This document shows, one piece after another, positions 49,485 through 60,242 of a stretch of 64,000 nt of DNA (positions are counted from its first letter, which is position 1; each line of letters starts with the position of its first letter). The position numbers and the translations under genes were made by a program. Location: contig MCFE01000008.1 in the NCBI GenBank assembly GCA_002104905.1, positions 1 to 64,000 on the forward strand, written 5' to 3'. The notes under the pieces were generated by a model that saw only the letters and a list, made by a program, of their open reading frames with translations, was not told the origin of the DNA and ran no database searches. This stretch comes from Basidiobolus meristosporus CBS 931.73. Taxonomy: Eukaryota; Fungi; Basidiobolomycota.

Positions 49485-49570
49485 TTTCGTGATGAAAGAG
49501 AAGTTTTGCCAGTTCTGCTACTGAACAACATTGCTGATACTTACTTTACTCTCGCTTACCTTCTGACAAA
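49485..49570 (+). ncRNA. snR61: Box C/D snoRNA guiding 25S Am1133-equivalent (snR61-like), copy 1
   Basis: C GTGATGA 49489, guide GCCAGTTCTGCT 49508-49519 complementary to LSU AGCAGAACUGGC, D' CTGA 49521, C' TGCTGA, D CTGA 49563; external stem ttgtgtgag/ctcacacaa plus ctttt/aaaag. Confidence 0.88.
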
Positions 49571-49724
49571 AGCGACTCACACAATTTAATGTCTTATTTC
49601 GTATGACTAACCAATTCTTCAGTAGTATTATATTCAATACATTGCCACTATTCCTTCAACTACCGTCCGTATCTGTAAACCTACAAGCAATAGGTGAGTT
49701 TCTTGTTATATACGGAGATTCCTT

Positions 49725-49810
49725 TACAATGATGAAAGAGAAGTTTTGCCAGTTCTGCTACTGAACATCATTGCTGATACTTACTTTACTCTCGCTTACC
49801 TTCTGAACAA
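49725..49810 (+). ncRNA. snR61: Box C/D snoRNA guiding 25S Am1133-equivalent (snR61-like), copy 2
   Basis: 77-nt body identical to copy 1 except one base; C ATGATGA 49729, D CTGA 49803; different perfect external stem agattccttt/aaaggaatct. Confidence 0.88.
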
Positions 49811-49956
49811 AAGGAATCTTCTGTCAACAATATTTAACAATTATACTAATAATTTCCCAGATTATCTATAGATATCCTCTATAATATTGCCTGACCCTCA
49901 TTCTTACTGTACAAACACTCATGTAAGTATTCTGAATGATCTTATGAATGAGAAAG

Positions 49957-50024
49957 CTAAATGATGTATTTTCCAATCCGTGTTTCACATGATCTAATGA
50001 TTATACCCTTTTGGACCTGATACT
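49957..50024 (+). ncRNA. snR18: Box C/D snoRNA, U18/snR18-like (LSU A649 region)
   Basis: 13-bp external stem atgaatgagaaag/ctttctcattcat; C ATGATGT 49961; TCCGTGTTTCA 49977-49987 complementary to LSU UGAAACACGGA; C' ATGATT; D CTGA 50017; D' degenerate. Confidence 0.75.
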
Positions 50025-50163
50025 TTCTCATTCATGTTGATACTTTTTGACATCGTACTAATTTACCTTTAGATTTACAGATTGAGATACATATACGCTG
50101 TACATATTCTAATCTGGGCCTTCACTTACAATGTAAGTTATTTACCGTACTGGATATTTCAAC

Positions 50164-50259
50164 CAATGGCGATGATGAGCTCTTGCTGGCACCAGTCGTA
50201 GAAAATTATGACGATAGCTTTCGCGAACCTTTATATACGCATAGGTTCCTGAGCCATTG
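50164..50259 (+). ncRNA. Box C/D snoRNA with guide to 18S CUGGUGCCAGCA (G562 region)
   Basis: Stems caatggc/gccattg and gatatttc/gaaatatc; C ATGATGA 50172; TGCTGGCACCAG 50184-50195; C'-like TGACGA; D CTGA 50249; D' non-canonical. Confidence 0.75.
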
Positions 50260-50351
50260 AAATATCAATCAAAGTTTTTTAAACGATTAAGTTTACTGAC
50301 TATTTCATCAATAGGATCTCCGAAATGTAAATAAATATATTTTATAATCTA

Positions 50352-51146
50352 TTACTCGTCGTTGTTGAATTGAATACGTGTTCTATCTTTGACAGTAGTG
50401 TAATAATCCTGAACCACATCATTGAGATGAATATGCTTGTCAACCTAAAAATTACATTATTATATATCAATCTAGCGACCAGATAACAAGAAGGATTACC
50501 TGAGCTCTAGACTTGAGCAATATTTGTTGAGCTTTTTCTGGACTCAACTCATAACGAGTTATCAGGTAACATAGTACCATAGTTGCTGACCTACCCCTCC
50601 CAGCTGCTAGGTATTAGCGGATGTATTACAGGGAGCGTATTGAAAAGGTTACCCTTGCAATGAACGTAAATCGTCCCGTTATTTTTCTTCACGCAGCTTT
50701 CAATATATTCTACACCGGCACGAATGTTCTCGAGGCTAGGTGTAGTGAAATCTTCAGTCTCCAACCGAACCTGCTCTATATCCAGTTCTTTGTAGAGTTG
50801 ACAAAGCTCGTCAAACTCTCTGCACATATTGACGACGTATTTTACGTTGGCGGTCCGATTTAGCTCTCGGATCAAAGACTCATCAGGTAAAGCGCCTATG
50901 ATAACGGTTTTGTCAACCCTTCATTCAGATTAGTTGCGGCTAAGGTGAGCGTTTCACTTGAGCCTACCGATTCCACCACGTCCAGCCGCTCAAGGGGGAC
51001 AGGGTCTGCGCGAGTAATTTGTTATACCACAGCGAAACGTAAAACTGAGTTCTTGCAACAACGCCAACTTTCGTTCCTTCATTTGCTGGTGGTGAAGTGG
51101 TTGTCATATCTCTTGTGGGATGGAGGCAAAGTTGGAAGGGATTCAC
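50352..51146 (-). CDS. PTPMT1: Phosphatidylglycerophosphatase PTPMT1-like dual-specificity phosphatase
   Basis: Spliced WWNRVDKTVIIGALP...VKYVVNMCREF...LETEDFTTPSLENIRAGVEYI...IYVHCKAGRGRSATMVLCYLI; three predicted introns. The start could also be the ATG at 51107. Confidence 0.88.
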
Positions 51147-51430
51147 AAGACTTAAATGCCCAGATATTTCATCTACGGTTCATGTACCGTGACGATTATG
51201 TACATTGTCAAATCCATCAAGCAATATAATCAACAATTCTGATGGGGATGTTTATATCGAACATGAGTAGAAATATATTAGATGAAACGGAGAATTATAG
51301 CTGACATACGGCACAACTAACTGGCATTGTAACTAGCCCAGGAAACATCGAATATGCAAGGAATTGTGTCACCACCAGTTTTGTTCCGTTTATTAAAACA
51401 AATCTTTGACTTTATACTAGACTATACAAG

Positions 51431-52150
51431 TTAGAATTTCATGGCATGAGGAGCTTGTCCCTTACGAAGAGTGAAGGAAGCATTCAAGTATGAGCGAAGA
51501 TGAGGAACTTGGGCAACGGCAGCCAAGATTTCCTTGTCAACGACCTTTTGATCAGCGGAACGAGACTCAGAAATAACCTTCTTGGGTTGCTTCTCGTCGA
51601 AGAATTCTTCCTCGGTCTTTCCGGCCTTGGAGGTCTTTTCCTTCTTGAAGTAAGCATCATCGAATTTCTCGTCAACCTTGACGTTGGAAAGATCGACCTT
51701 GGTGGAGGTAGCAAGAACATATGCTTGGTTGACACGTCTGAGAGGAACACCGTTAACCTTGTAGGGACCGGTGACCAACAATAAACCAGAGGCGAGTTGC
51801 TTCAAGAAGACGACTCTCTTGCCACGGAAACGACCAGCCAAGAGAACAAGAACAGTACCGGGGGTAATGGTGGCACGAAGCTTGGTTGGCTTGGCGGTCT
51901 TGCGGGAAACCTTGGGTTGGGCGATGTCTTCGGCGGGATACCAACGAGAAGCCTTGTTCAAGGCAACAACGCGCTCTTTACCGTTTTTGTCACCATTAAC
52001 TTGGACAGTTTTGGTGGTTGGGGCGGCGGTGTCGTTCTTGGCAGCGGCGACCTTTTGCTTCTTGTAAAGGGCACGCTTGGCGAAAACGCTAGAGCGGGAC
52101 AGGCGGGTGATGCCTGGGGCGACGAAAGAATTTCTGGGTTTGTGAGACAT
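51431..52150 (-). CDS. RPL6: 60S ribosomal protein eL6 (long N-terminal form)
   Basis: RWYPAED...TPGTVLVLLAGRFRGKRVVFLKQLASGLLLVTGPYKVNGVPLRRVNQAYV...YLNASFTLRKGQAPHAMKF; predicted 5'UTR intron 52168-52248. Confidence 0.97.
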   Translation of the reverse strand: MSHKPRNSFVAPGITRLSRSSVFAKRALYKKQKVAAAKNDTAAPTTKTVQVNGDKNGKERVVALNKASRWYPAEDIAQPKVSRKTAKPTKLRATITPGTVLVLLAGRFRGKRVVFLKQLASGLLLVTGPYKVNGVPLRRVNQAYVLATSTKVDLSNVKVDEKFDDAYFKKEKTSKAGKTEEEFFDEKQPKKVISESRSADQKVVDKEILAAVAQVPHLRSYLNASFTLRKGQAPHAMKF

Positions 52151-52638
52151 GTCCTTTAGAAATACCACTAGAAATCATTGGCAAATTAGTATGTGGATGG
52201 ATGGAAATGTCAGAGCTACTGATATTCTAGAAGAATTCACCAACTCACCAGATGCTAGAGTCTCGAAATCGATCTCTCTTCTGATGTGGATTGAGGAAAG
52301 AGAAAGCAACAGACGTCGTTCTTGGTTATTTATTGCCCCAATCGTGGTGAGTCCACGGCCAACACCAATCAGATGGGTTTACCACCGGATCCCACCGATA
52401 TCCCCGAAGTTATGCAAATCATGGGTGAGTGTTGATTGAATTCTCCAGTAGTTTTATAATGATTTTTAACAACCTGCCGAACGATACTGTACAAATATAC
52501 ATTCACAAAACTGTTCGTAAACTAGGATATTTTGGGAGTGGATTGATGTGTATCTCTGGGTGGTGTGTTCTCCTGGGCTATGGTTGGCGTCGAGGTTGAA
52601 TGTTCGGATTGTAGAAATCGGCGCTTGGCAGGAATATC

Positions 52639-55600
52639 TATTGAGCTGGTCGTTCTTTGCTAGGGCGAGTGGACGGTTGGGATTGGCTACGTTGTGCTTG
52701 ATCTAAGGCTTGCTTTTTCTTTCTCTGTTTGCTCTCGTATTCGTGCCAGTCCCCATCGATGGTAGGAAGCCTAGAGAGCAGACGGGTTAGTCGAGGGGGT
52801 GGCGGCTGTGTTAACCAATATGGGGGCTTACTTTTGGATGGAGCATGCCTCGGGTTCCTCCGAGGTAAAGTATGGATGGCTCAAAGCATCTTGAGCAGTG
52901 GGTCGTTTGGCCGGATTCATGGAGAGAAGCCGTTCAGCGAGGTCAAGTGCGGCTGGGGTCATGATTCTGGAATAGATGGGTTGAGTAATGCGCCTTGTAG
53001 GTAGATATTCGTAGAGGCAAAGTACTTTTTGAAATAATCCTTGAACTTCTTCCCTGATTTGTCTTTGGGTCGAACGAGCCCAAACCATGGCAGTTCCACC
53101 ACCGAGGGCCAGTCTGCCTTGTTGGGTGCACCCATGATCCGGTAGATTTGCTCCAGCTGCGTTATCTCGTCGGATCCTTGGAAGACCGGTTTGCGCATGA
53201 ACAACTCCATCATGATGCAACTGTGGTTCAGACGACCGTTAGTGAAGATAAAAAAGAAATCGAGAGCTTGGCTGACGCACCCTACACTCCAGATATCCAC
53301 CTCCGCACCATATTTCGTTGCCCCGAGCAGGAGCTCCGGTGGGCGGTACCACAACGTGATGACGCGGTTCGTGTAGTCTTTCAATCGGTTGCGTTCATGC
53401 ACTCTGGCAAGTCCAAAGTCCGCAAGCTTGACTTCCCCCTTTCGATTCATCAGGATGTTGGATCCTAGAAATGGGTGAGTGGCCGGTTTTAGGAACAGAC
53501 GGCGGGCTGGGCTTACCTTTGATGTCTCTGTGAAGGACATTTTTGCCGTGTAGATAGTGGATCCCCTCCAGTATCTGCTTCATTAAGCACTTGATATGCG
53601 CATGGCTCAACTCAAGCTTGGGGTAACCAAGAAACCCGGTCAAATCATAATCCATGTAGTCCAGGACCATGTATACTGAGCCTGCTCATCATCACTGAAG
53701 CGTGAGTAGACGTGCGCGGCATCCGTGGCGATTGTATTCCTACCTTTGTGAACGGCAATTTCGTGGATTTTGATGATGTGTTTGTGGCTCATGCTCTGGA
53801 GCAGCTTGATCTCTCGCATCGCAGTAACCGGGAACTGGGGAGATGATCCAACGTTAGCGCGATTCGATACGCCACCATCACACTTCGAACGAATATTTAC
53901 CCCTTCTTTCTCGCTTTCCATTCGGATACGTTTCAAAGCAACGATGATGCCGGTGTGTCTATTTCTTGCCTTGTAAACCTTGCTAGATACACAGAGCAGG
54001 CCTTGTTAGTATGCCGCATGCTATGGACGCATGTTGCTCGATACTTACCCATAAGTTCCTTCCCCGACCTGATCCATTTTTTCATAAATATCTAACGACT
54101 GTGTCTTAGCACTCGATCCTGAAGGGGTTTGTTTGGCATTCGTTGACGGCGTGGTTTCAGCTCGAGCTTTTGGATTCCCCATCTCCTTCACTGTAGGCCT
54201 CGCCGAAGCATTCGGAGTGGTTGGTGGTTGAGGCAGCGAGTCGTTGGGCTTAGATGAAGATGGGGGTGTGGTTATCTCCATGGCTTTGACTTCGGTTGAT
54301 GGCGGCGGAGGTGGCGGAGAGTTCGGGTCATCAAGCTTGGATAGAGATGGTGGTGGCGGGGGCTGCGAGCTCTTGCTCTCAAGGGGAGGTGGAGGAGGTA
54401 CAGGCGTTGATATTAGTGTTGGTGATCTTGTTAGTAGTGGAGGTGGAGGTGGGGTATTGTTTTGATCGTTTTGTGTTTGCTCCGATTTTCTTTCCATTAG
54501 GTCTTGCTTCTCGTACTTTTTGGATATATTAATGGCCGCTTGATGGTAAAGTCCTGAAGAATTCTCGAGTCTCGAACTGTGGCTTCTTGACCAGCTGCTC
54601 GATGCTTTCTGGTGATATCTGGATGATCTCGTATTGCTTCTGGAGCGGCTTCGTGGGGACCGTCTTCTGTATGGATCATAGCCAGAGTATGGGCTTCGCG
54701 ATCGACTCTTAGAGTATCCACCACGATACGAATCGTACGCTCTGTAGGATTTTCTATGTTCGCTTGACCTCCAACTCCAGTGATCGTATTCATGACTTGG
54801 TGACCCTGTACGGCTTCGAGAACGTCGTCGACGAGATTCATAATGTTGATACCGAGGACCCGGACTTCTGGAGCGGTTTCTTGCCATTCTTTTCCCGTTG
54901 TATCGATAAGGACTTGGACTCCGAGATCGCTTTCTATAATGGTATTCCGGACTACGCGAACGTCTGCCTGGACTATAGTGCCACTGCGAACCATATCCAT
55001 GCGGACTTCTAGACCTTGCCCTGGGGGAGTAGCGTCTGTATCGCGTAGACTCATAGGCGTACGATCTAGATTCTTTTCGAAAAGACTGCGTTCTATGTGA
55101 AGGCTCTTCTCTGCCAGAATCTCTACTATCGGATCTCCTTCTAACATCATTGTGTCGAGTTCTGCTGTGCGATTCCTTGTTGCGTGGGATCTCTTGAACA
55201 GTAGTAGAGGCAGGATGTTGCGGATTTGCCGTGGTCTCCTTCTTATTGTCGATGGGGTCATTCTCAACGGTTTTCTTCTCCGTCACAGAATTGTCGTCTT
55301 CATTTTCGGGGGTACTTTGAAAAAGGTCATTCTTAAATACGTTCGACGACTTTCCAGCTGTTCGCTTAACTATGGAAAACCGGACTTTCTCCTTTTCTTG
55401 GATAGCGCACTTGTCAGCCGAACTGGATAAATGTCTTGTATTATAATTATCCGCAGACAAATCAGATTGCAACTGAGGATCGCTATTGTTAGGAAGGACC
55501 GGCTGTGAATTGGTAGCTTCATCACAAGGGTGATCTCCGGAAGGAGTTAATCGACGATTACGATCATTACTGCTGCTAGTCTCAGCATGTAAAGTATACT

Positions 55601-55823
55601 CCTTGGCTGAAATAGAGATGGACGAGGTTTGACTATAAGTAGTGGACTCTATACGAGCATTTTCTTCAACCCCAGACGCGCTCGAAGTAGTCTCCGAATG
55701 CAGAATGGAGTTATTGAGGGTTGAACTTGAGCTGAAACTCTTGGTTACAGAGGAAGTGGTTTTGGATAGTTGATGTGAAGATGTCGAGGACGATTTAGAA
55801 TACTGTTGACGGGAATTGTTCAT
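52639..55823 (-). CDS. CTK1: CTD kinase CTK1/Lsk1/CDK12-like with long RS- and Pro-rich N-terminus
   Basis: VGEGTYGKVYKAR, EKEGFPVTAMREIKLL, LHRDIKGSNIL, LADFGLAR, YTNRVITLWYRPPELLLG, C-terminal DGDWHEYESKQRKK; multi-exon; last exon ends 52639. Confidence 0.9.
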
Positions 55824-56529
55824 TATCTAAAGCCAGGTGAACACTAGATAATTGAGCACGACAGCGAGCACCAGATCTTTTTATCACGCGATATATGCTA
55901 GCGACGATAAGCTAAAGTGATGGACAGGAATTAACAATCAAGCCAATATTACCAAACTAGATCTCGTAGGCTTTACCTTTCTTCACTTGGTCAACAAGCT
56001 GAGAATATATTATGAGATAATACTATTTTCTAATTTGCCAACTCGCCTGAGCAACTTTTTATTTTTATTCCATGTTTAGTTTGGAGATTTAAGTACGATG
56101 AAGATGTGCGAGTTTAACCGCACTAATCAATCACACGCACTAATCACACGATTGAGGAGTTTCCCAATTGGAATTTCCTGGTTTTCAGGAGCGATCTCCT
56201 TAATCGACCCTTTAGTGGCCTCTCACCGTAGGATACATCAATGCTGACAATGGCAGGAGCCAACATGTAAATATAGAATAGAATATCCTAAATCGCCATC
56301 CCGTGGCCAGATATTTACTTGCATAATCTACTAATTCCTTGAATCATGTGAGATCAATTTACTAAACAACGAAAGCATGAACTACGCGGCGGTTTTTGTT
56401 TTATATACATCAAATAAGAGCCGTTGGGAACTCCTAACGCTAAAACCTCACGCAGCCGTTGGTTTTTGTAAATCTTTTCGTGATTTTAAATGAAAAGTCC
56501 AGTTTGCTTGGAGATCTACTGATTCAACC

Positions 56530-59500
56530 ATGACTTCCAATTCACTACTTTTGCGACTTTTCAACTCTGAGTTTTTCACTTCCTGGTTGGCCATCTCGTA
56601 CGTTTTCAAATACCCCGACTCCGTTGGCATCCAGCATTACCTATGCAACGAGCTGAAGAAATTTCCCTTGGCGGAAATCGAGTTTTTTTTACCGCAAATA
56701 TGGTATGGATTTGGGATGCTTGAGACCTCTTCGCCAAGGCGCTTCTCACTGACTTGCTTTTCCCAGCCATTTGTTAATATCCCGCCCGGAGCAGTCCACC
56801 TCGTTAGAAAACTTTCTGCTTGATCGGTGTAAGATCTCCTCGCATTTAGCCATTCTGGTAATTTCCCTGTAGCTCTACCGGTATTGCCCACCTCCCTAAA
56901 GCCCCATTTGCGTAATCTAGACGTTTTGGTATCTCCAGGCGTACATGTCGGATTTATCTGCAGCCCCTCATTCCCCTTCTTACAGACTGTGCAAGCGTAT
57001 GCACAGCCAAGTTCAGAATATTATCTTCACAGAGGGCTGCGATGATAGCACTGAGCTGCCAAAAAGAAAGGCAAAGGTAAGAGAGAATCCCTTTCCGGCA
57101 CTGGTCGGGATGAGCGCGCTTCTAGCTGGAATCGTCAGTCCAGCCTTTGCTCTAGGCGCAGGGCAAATGGCTATAGAACAAGGCAGACGAGCACCGTTCT
57201 ATCCTCCTGTGAAGCAAGTCGACGATAAAGCAAACGTAAACTCCTTAGCAACCGATGAGAAGGGGTCTGCTTCAGAGAGTTTGGGTGCGGAAAATCTAGG
57301 AGCTTCCTTTAATTTGTCTTCAGGCTCCTCTCGAATCCCCACATCCTCCCCTACATTAGAAGATTTACACAAGGGTAGAGCCTTTTCGTTCGGCCACTAT
57401 ATTAAAAGTACCGCTGGAAGACGTAGCTTTGAACGTATATCTACCTTGAACCTTTCTCCTTCGAGATCCTTTGATCGAAGAGAAACCGAGTCGTACTCCG
57501 AAGCTACCTCTCCGGTTCCTGATACAGACTCCGACTTCGAGTATGACCTGTTCCTCGGCACGGAGCCTTCTAGGCGTAAGCAACTCATAGAGGGCCACTA
57601 CTTCCACTCGGAAATGTCCTTTGTGATAGCCTTGGTCGATATATCGAACCGTTTGTGTATGTTGCCGAAGAAAGCAAGAAATATCCTTTTCATTCCAGAG
57701 CGCCTTGTAAAGTGCATGTTGATGCATTTGACTATGCCATCCTTAACTTCACATACTTAGCTCTTTGCATGCCGAACTGTCGCTGCTTAACCACAATTTG
57801 CCTGCTGATGTCTGCATACCTTTGTGGTGCCCAGCAACCGCCGACAACCCCTATCATCATAAAATCGTAAGAATCCCCCCGTCCGATGCGGTTGTGCTGA
57901 ACTCTGCCGAGAAGGTTAGTATTCATGTGCCTGTAATCTAATCCTGACCCTCTCGGTGGCTAAGAAACTCCGCAGGCTCCATATTTGATCATGGTAGAGG
58001 TGATTGAGACAGATGCCGATTTTGACGAATCTGTACTACTGAAGTACAAGCCAGCTGTCCCGGTTCAGACCGAAGAGACTGATTCAGAATCGGATTCCTC
58101 CGACTCTTCTCATGAGCTAACCCAATCTGGTATGAATTGTCGTCCCGACTCTGGGGAACCATTCCATCCGTCTGATTTCCCGTTCCCGTATTAATCATTG
58201 AGTTGACAGGCGCCCCTACTACGGGGGCCAGCCCCAGGTCCCTAGATATCACCGAGTTTGAGGAGATGAAGTCACAGCCCAGCCCCAATACCTCAAAGTC
58301 CAATAAGGAGTACTTCGAAAAGGTCATAACCCGCCGTAGCTCTAGCGCCGCCGACGGATTTGCAGAGCACATGCGCACGGCTGCAGTGATGCTCGCTCAG
58401 CTGACTGAACGCCAGACGAAGGAAACGGGCCGAAGACTATCGAATGCAAAGGCTGCTGATGCATCTGGCTCAGGTAGAAACCAATCAGCCACCGACATGA
58501 TCCGGGAGAAGATCATCCACAAAATGATGGCTTTAGAGGAGGCTAGAATAGCCAAAATGAAACTTGAGGGAATCGGCAGTGGAGTCGGAGGTGATGGAGG
58601 CGAAGGGGGCGGCGGGGAGACCTTGGAGGATGACGGCGTGATCCTCGAGAGCGTGAAGCACAAGGATGATCCGAGCGGTGGGTTGGGCTCGTTTGGCTCT
58701 TCATAAGCATTGTCTGATATCTTGGCCCAAATTTAGCTGCTGTTTTCCAAGAAGATTGGAATGCCAAGAAAGAACGAATCCGCGCATCTTCGCCGTACGG
58801 TAGTCATCCCAACTGGCAACTCTTCCCGGTTATTGTGAAGACTGGCGGTGACCTGAGACAAGAACAGCTCGCACTCCAGTTGATTCTTGTGATGCAGAAA
58901 ATATGGAAAGAGGCCGAGATTGATATATGGGTTAAATAGTAAGCGCAGCTCATTTGAATGGGCGTTGGCTACGTAGTGTGTTAACCTCATTCATTCTTCC
59001 AACAGCTACCGCATCCTAGTCACCTCCGACTCGTCAGGGTTTATAGAGACCATCCGGAACACAATCTCGCTGCATTCCCTTAAAAAGGAAGGGTACACCA
59101 AGCGACTGAATCAACAGGGGGTCGTCTTTACGCTCTACGACTACTTTGTTCAGGTAGTGTGGATTTTGGGTTGTATCCCTTTCGTGAAAGCCTGTAGTAA
59201 TAGCAATGCCTTGTCTAGAAATTCGGCACTCCGGATTCTCCAGAATTTCTGCGTGCTCAGGATAACTTCATGCGTAGTTTGGTTGGGTATTCATTGGTTT
59301 GCTACATACTGCACCTGAAGGACAGGTAGGGAGATCCACAGATTTCACAGACTTGGTCGAATCTAACCCCTCTCCTATCAGACATAACGGGAATGTTCTC
59401 CTCGCAACCGATGGCCATCTCATCCGTTAGTATTCTTGACTATGGTTTGCCGATCGTGACGTTTGACCAGCTCTTCATTTTAGATATTGACTTCGGATTC

Positions 59501-59944
59501 ATGCTGTCCAATACCCCCGGCTCGGTTGGATTCGAAATGGCTCCTTTCAAATTGACCCAGGAGTACCTGGATGTTTTGGGCGGAGTTGAGAGTGAGAAGT
59601 TTGCTGAATTCAAGGCTTTGTTCAAACAGGGCTTCCTTGCTCTTCGCAAGTTTGCCGATAACATTATATTACTGGTGGATATTATGCAAAAAGGTAAAGA
59701 TCCACGCTCATCTAGCCATGTCCCAACCCCAACACTAACGTGCCTGTTCACACAAGACTCGAGCCTTCCATGCTTCTCAAACACCGGGGAATCTACTGTA
59801 GCCGCGTTGCGCGATCGATTCCAGCTCTCGCTGACGGAGACCCAGGTTGATGAGTATTTGGATAAGCTGATCATTAGCAGCTGCTGCAACGTGTTTACTC
59901 GTCTCTACGATACTTTCCAATACTACTCCAACGGAATTTTATAA
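56530..59944 (+). CDS. PIK1: Phosphatidylinositol 4-kinase, Pik1/PI4KB type
   Basis: LLRLFNSEFF..WLAISY..KY..VGIQHYLCNEL..FP..EIEFFLPQI; KDDPS; catalytic KDRHNGN, HIDFGFMLSNTPGSVGFEMAPFKLTQEY, RLYDTFQYYSNGIL; multi-exon. Confidence 0.95.
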
Positions 59945-60242
59945 ATCCGCACAGTGGAAGGAGCAACGAAGTAAACAAAATCGTCACTATGAACGTCATG
60001 TACAGTCCCCACCTCAACATCCCCTTCCCTCATTCACCTCCTCTCCACAACTCGATTTCCCTCGAGACAGATCTTTACCTAACAACCAACCCATTTTTTA
60101 TTTAATTAATCCTTCGTTTCCATCTGTGTCATTTCAAACGAAAAGCCAAAAATAACATCACGAGTTAGTTTCAATCGCTTCCTACGTTTTCGGATGGATT
60201 TTGAATAGATAAAGTGAATTTACCCCTGGGTTTCCCCTTTTG

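Larger units (their letters stand above)
49127..50335 (+). ncRNA. Non-coding snoRNA host gene with five snoRNA-bearing introns
   Basis: TATAAAT at 49127; predicted introns 49198-49387, 49446-49622, 49694-49860, 49923-50072 and 50133-50314 with GTRAG/GTAAC donors, branch points and YAG acceptors; short ORF-less AT-rich exons; one C/D snoRNA per intron. Confidence 0.85.

Noticed and set aside
49537-49544. ATACTTAC identical to the U1 snRNA 5' end
   Set aside because: It lies inside the snoRNA body with no U1 stem-loops or Sm site; better explained by CTTAC complementarity to rRNA GUAAG.
54497-55267. 256-aa alternative-frame ORF inside the CTK1 RS region
   Set aside because: Frame-shifted shadow of repetitive Arg/Ser codons with no domain.
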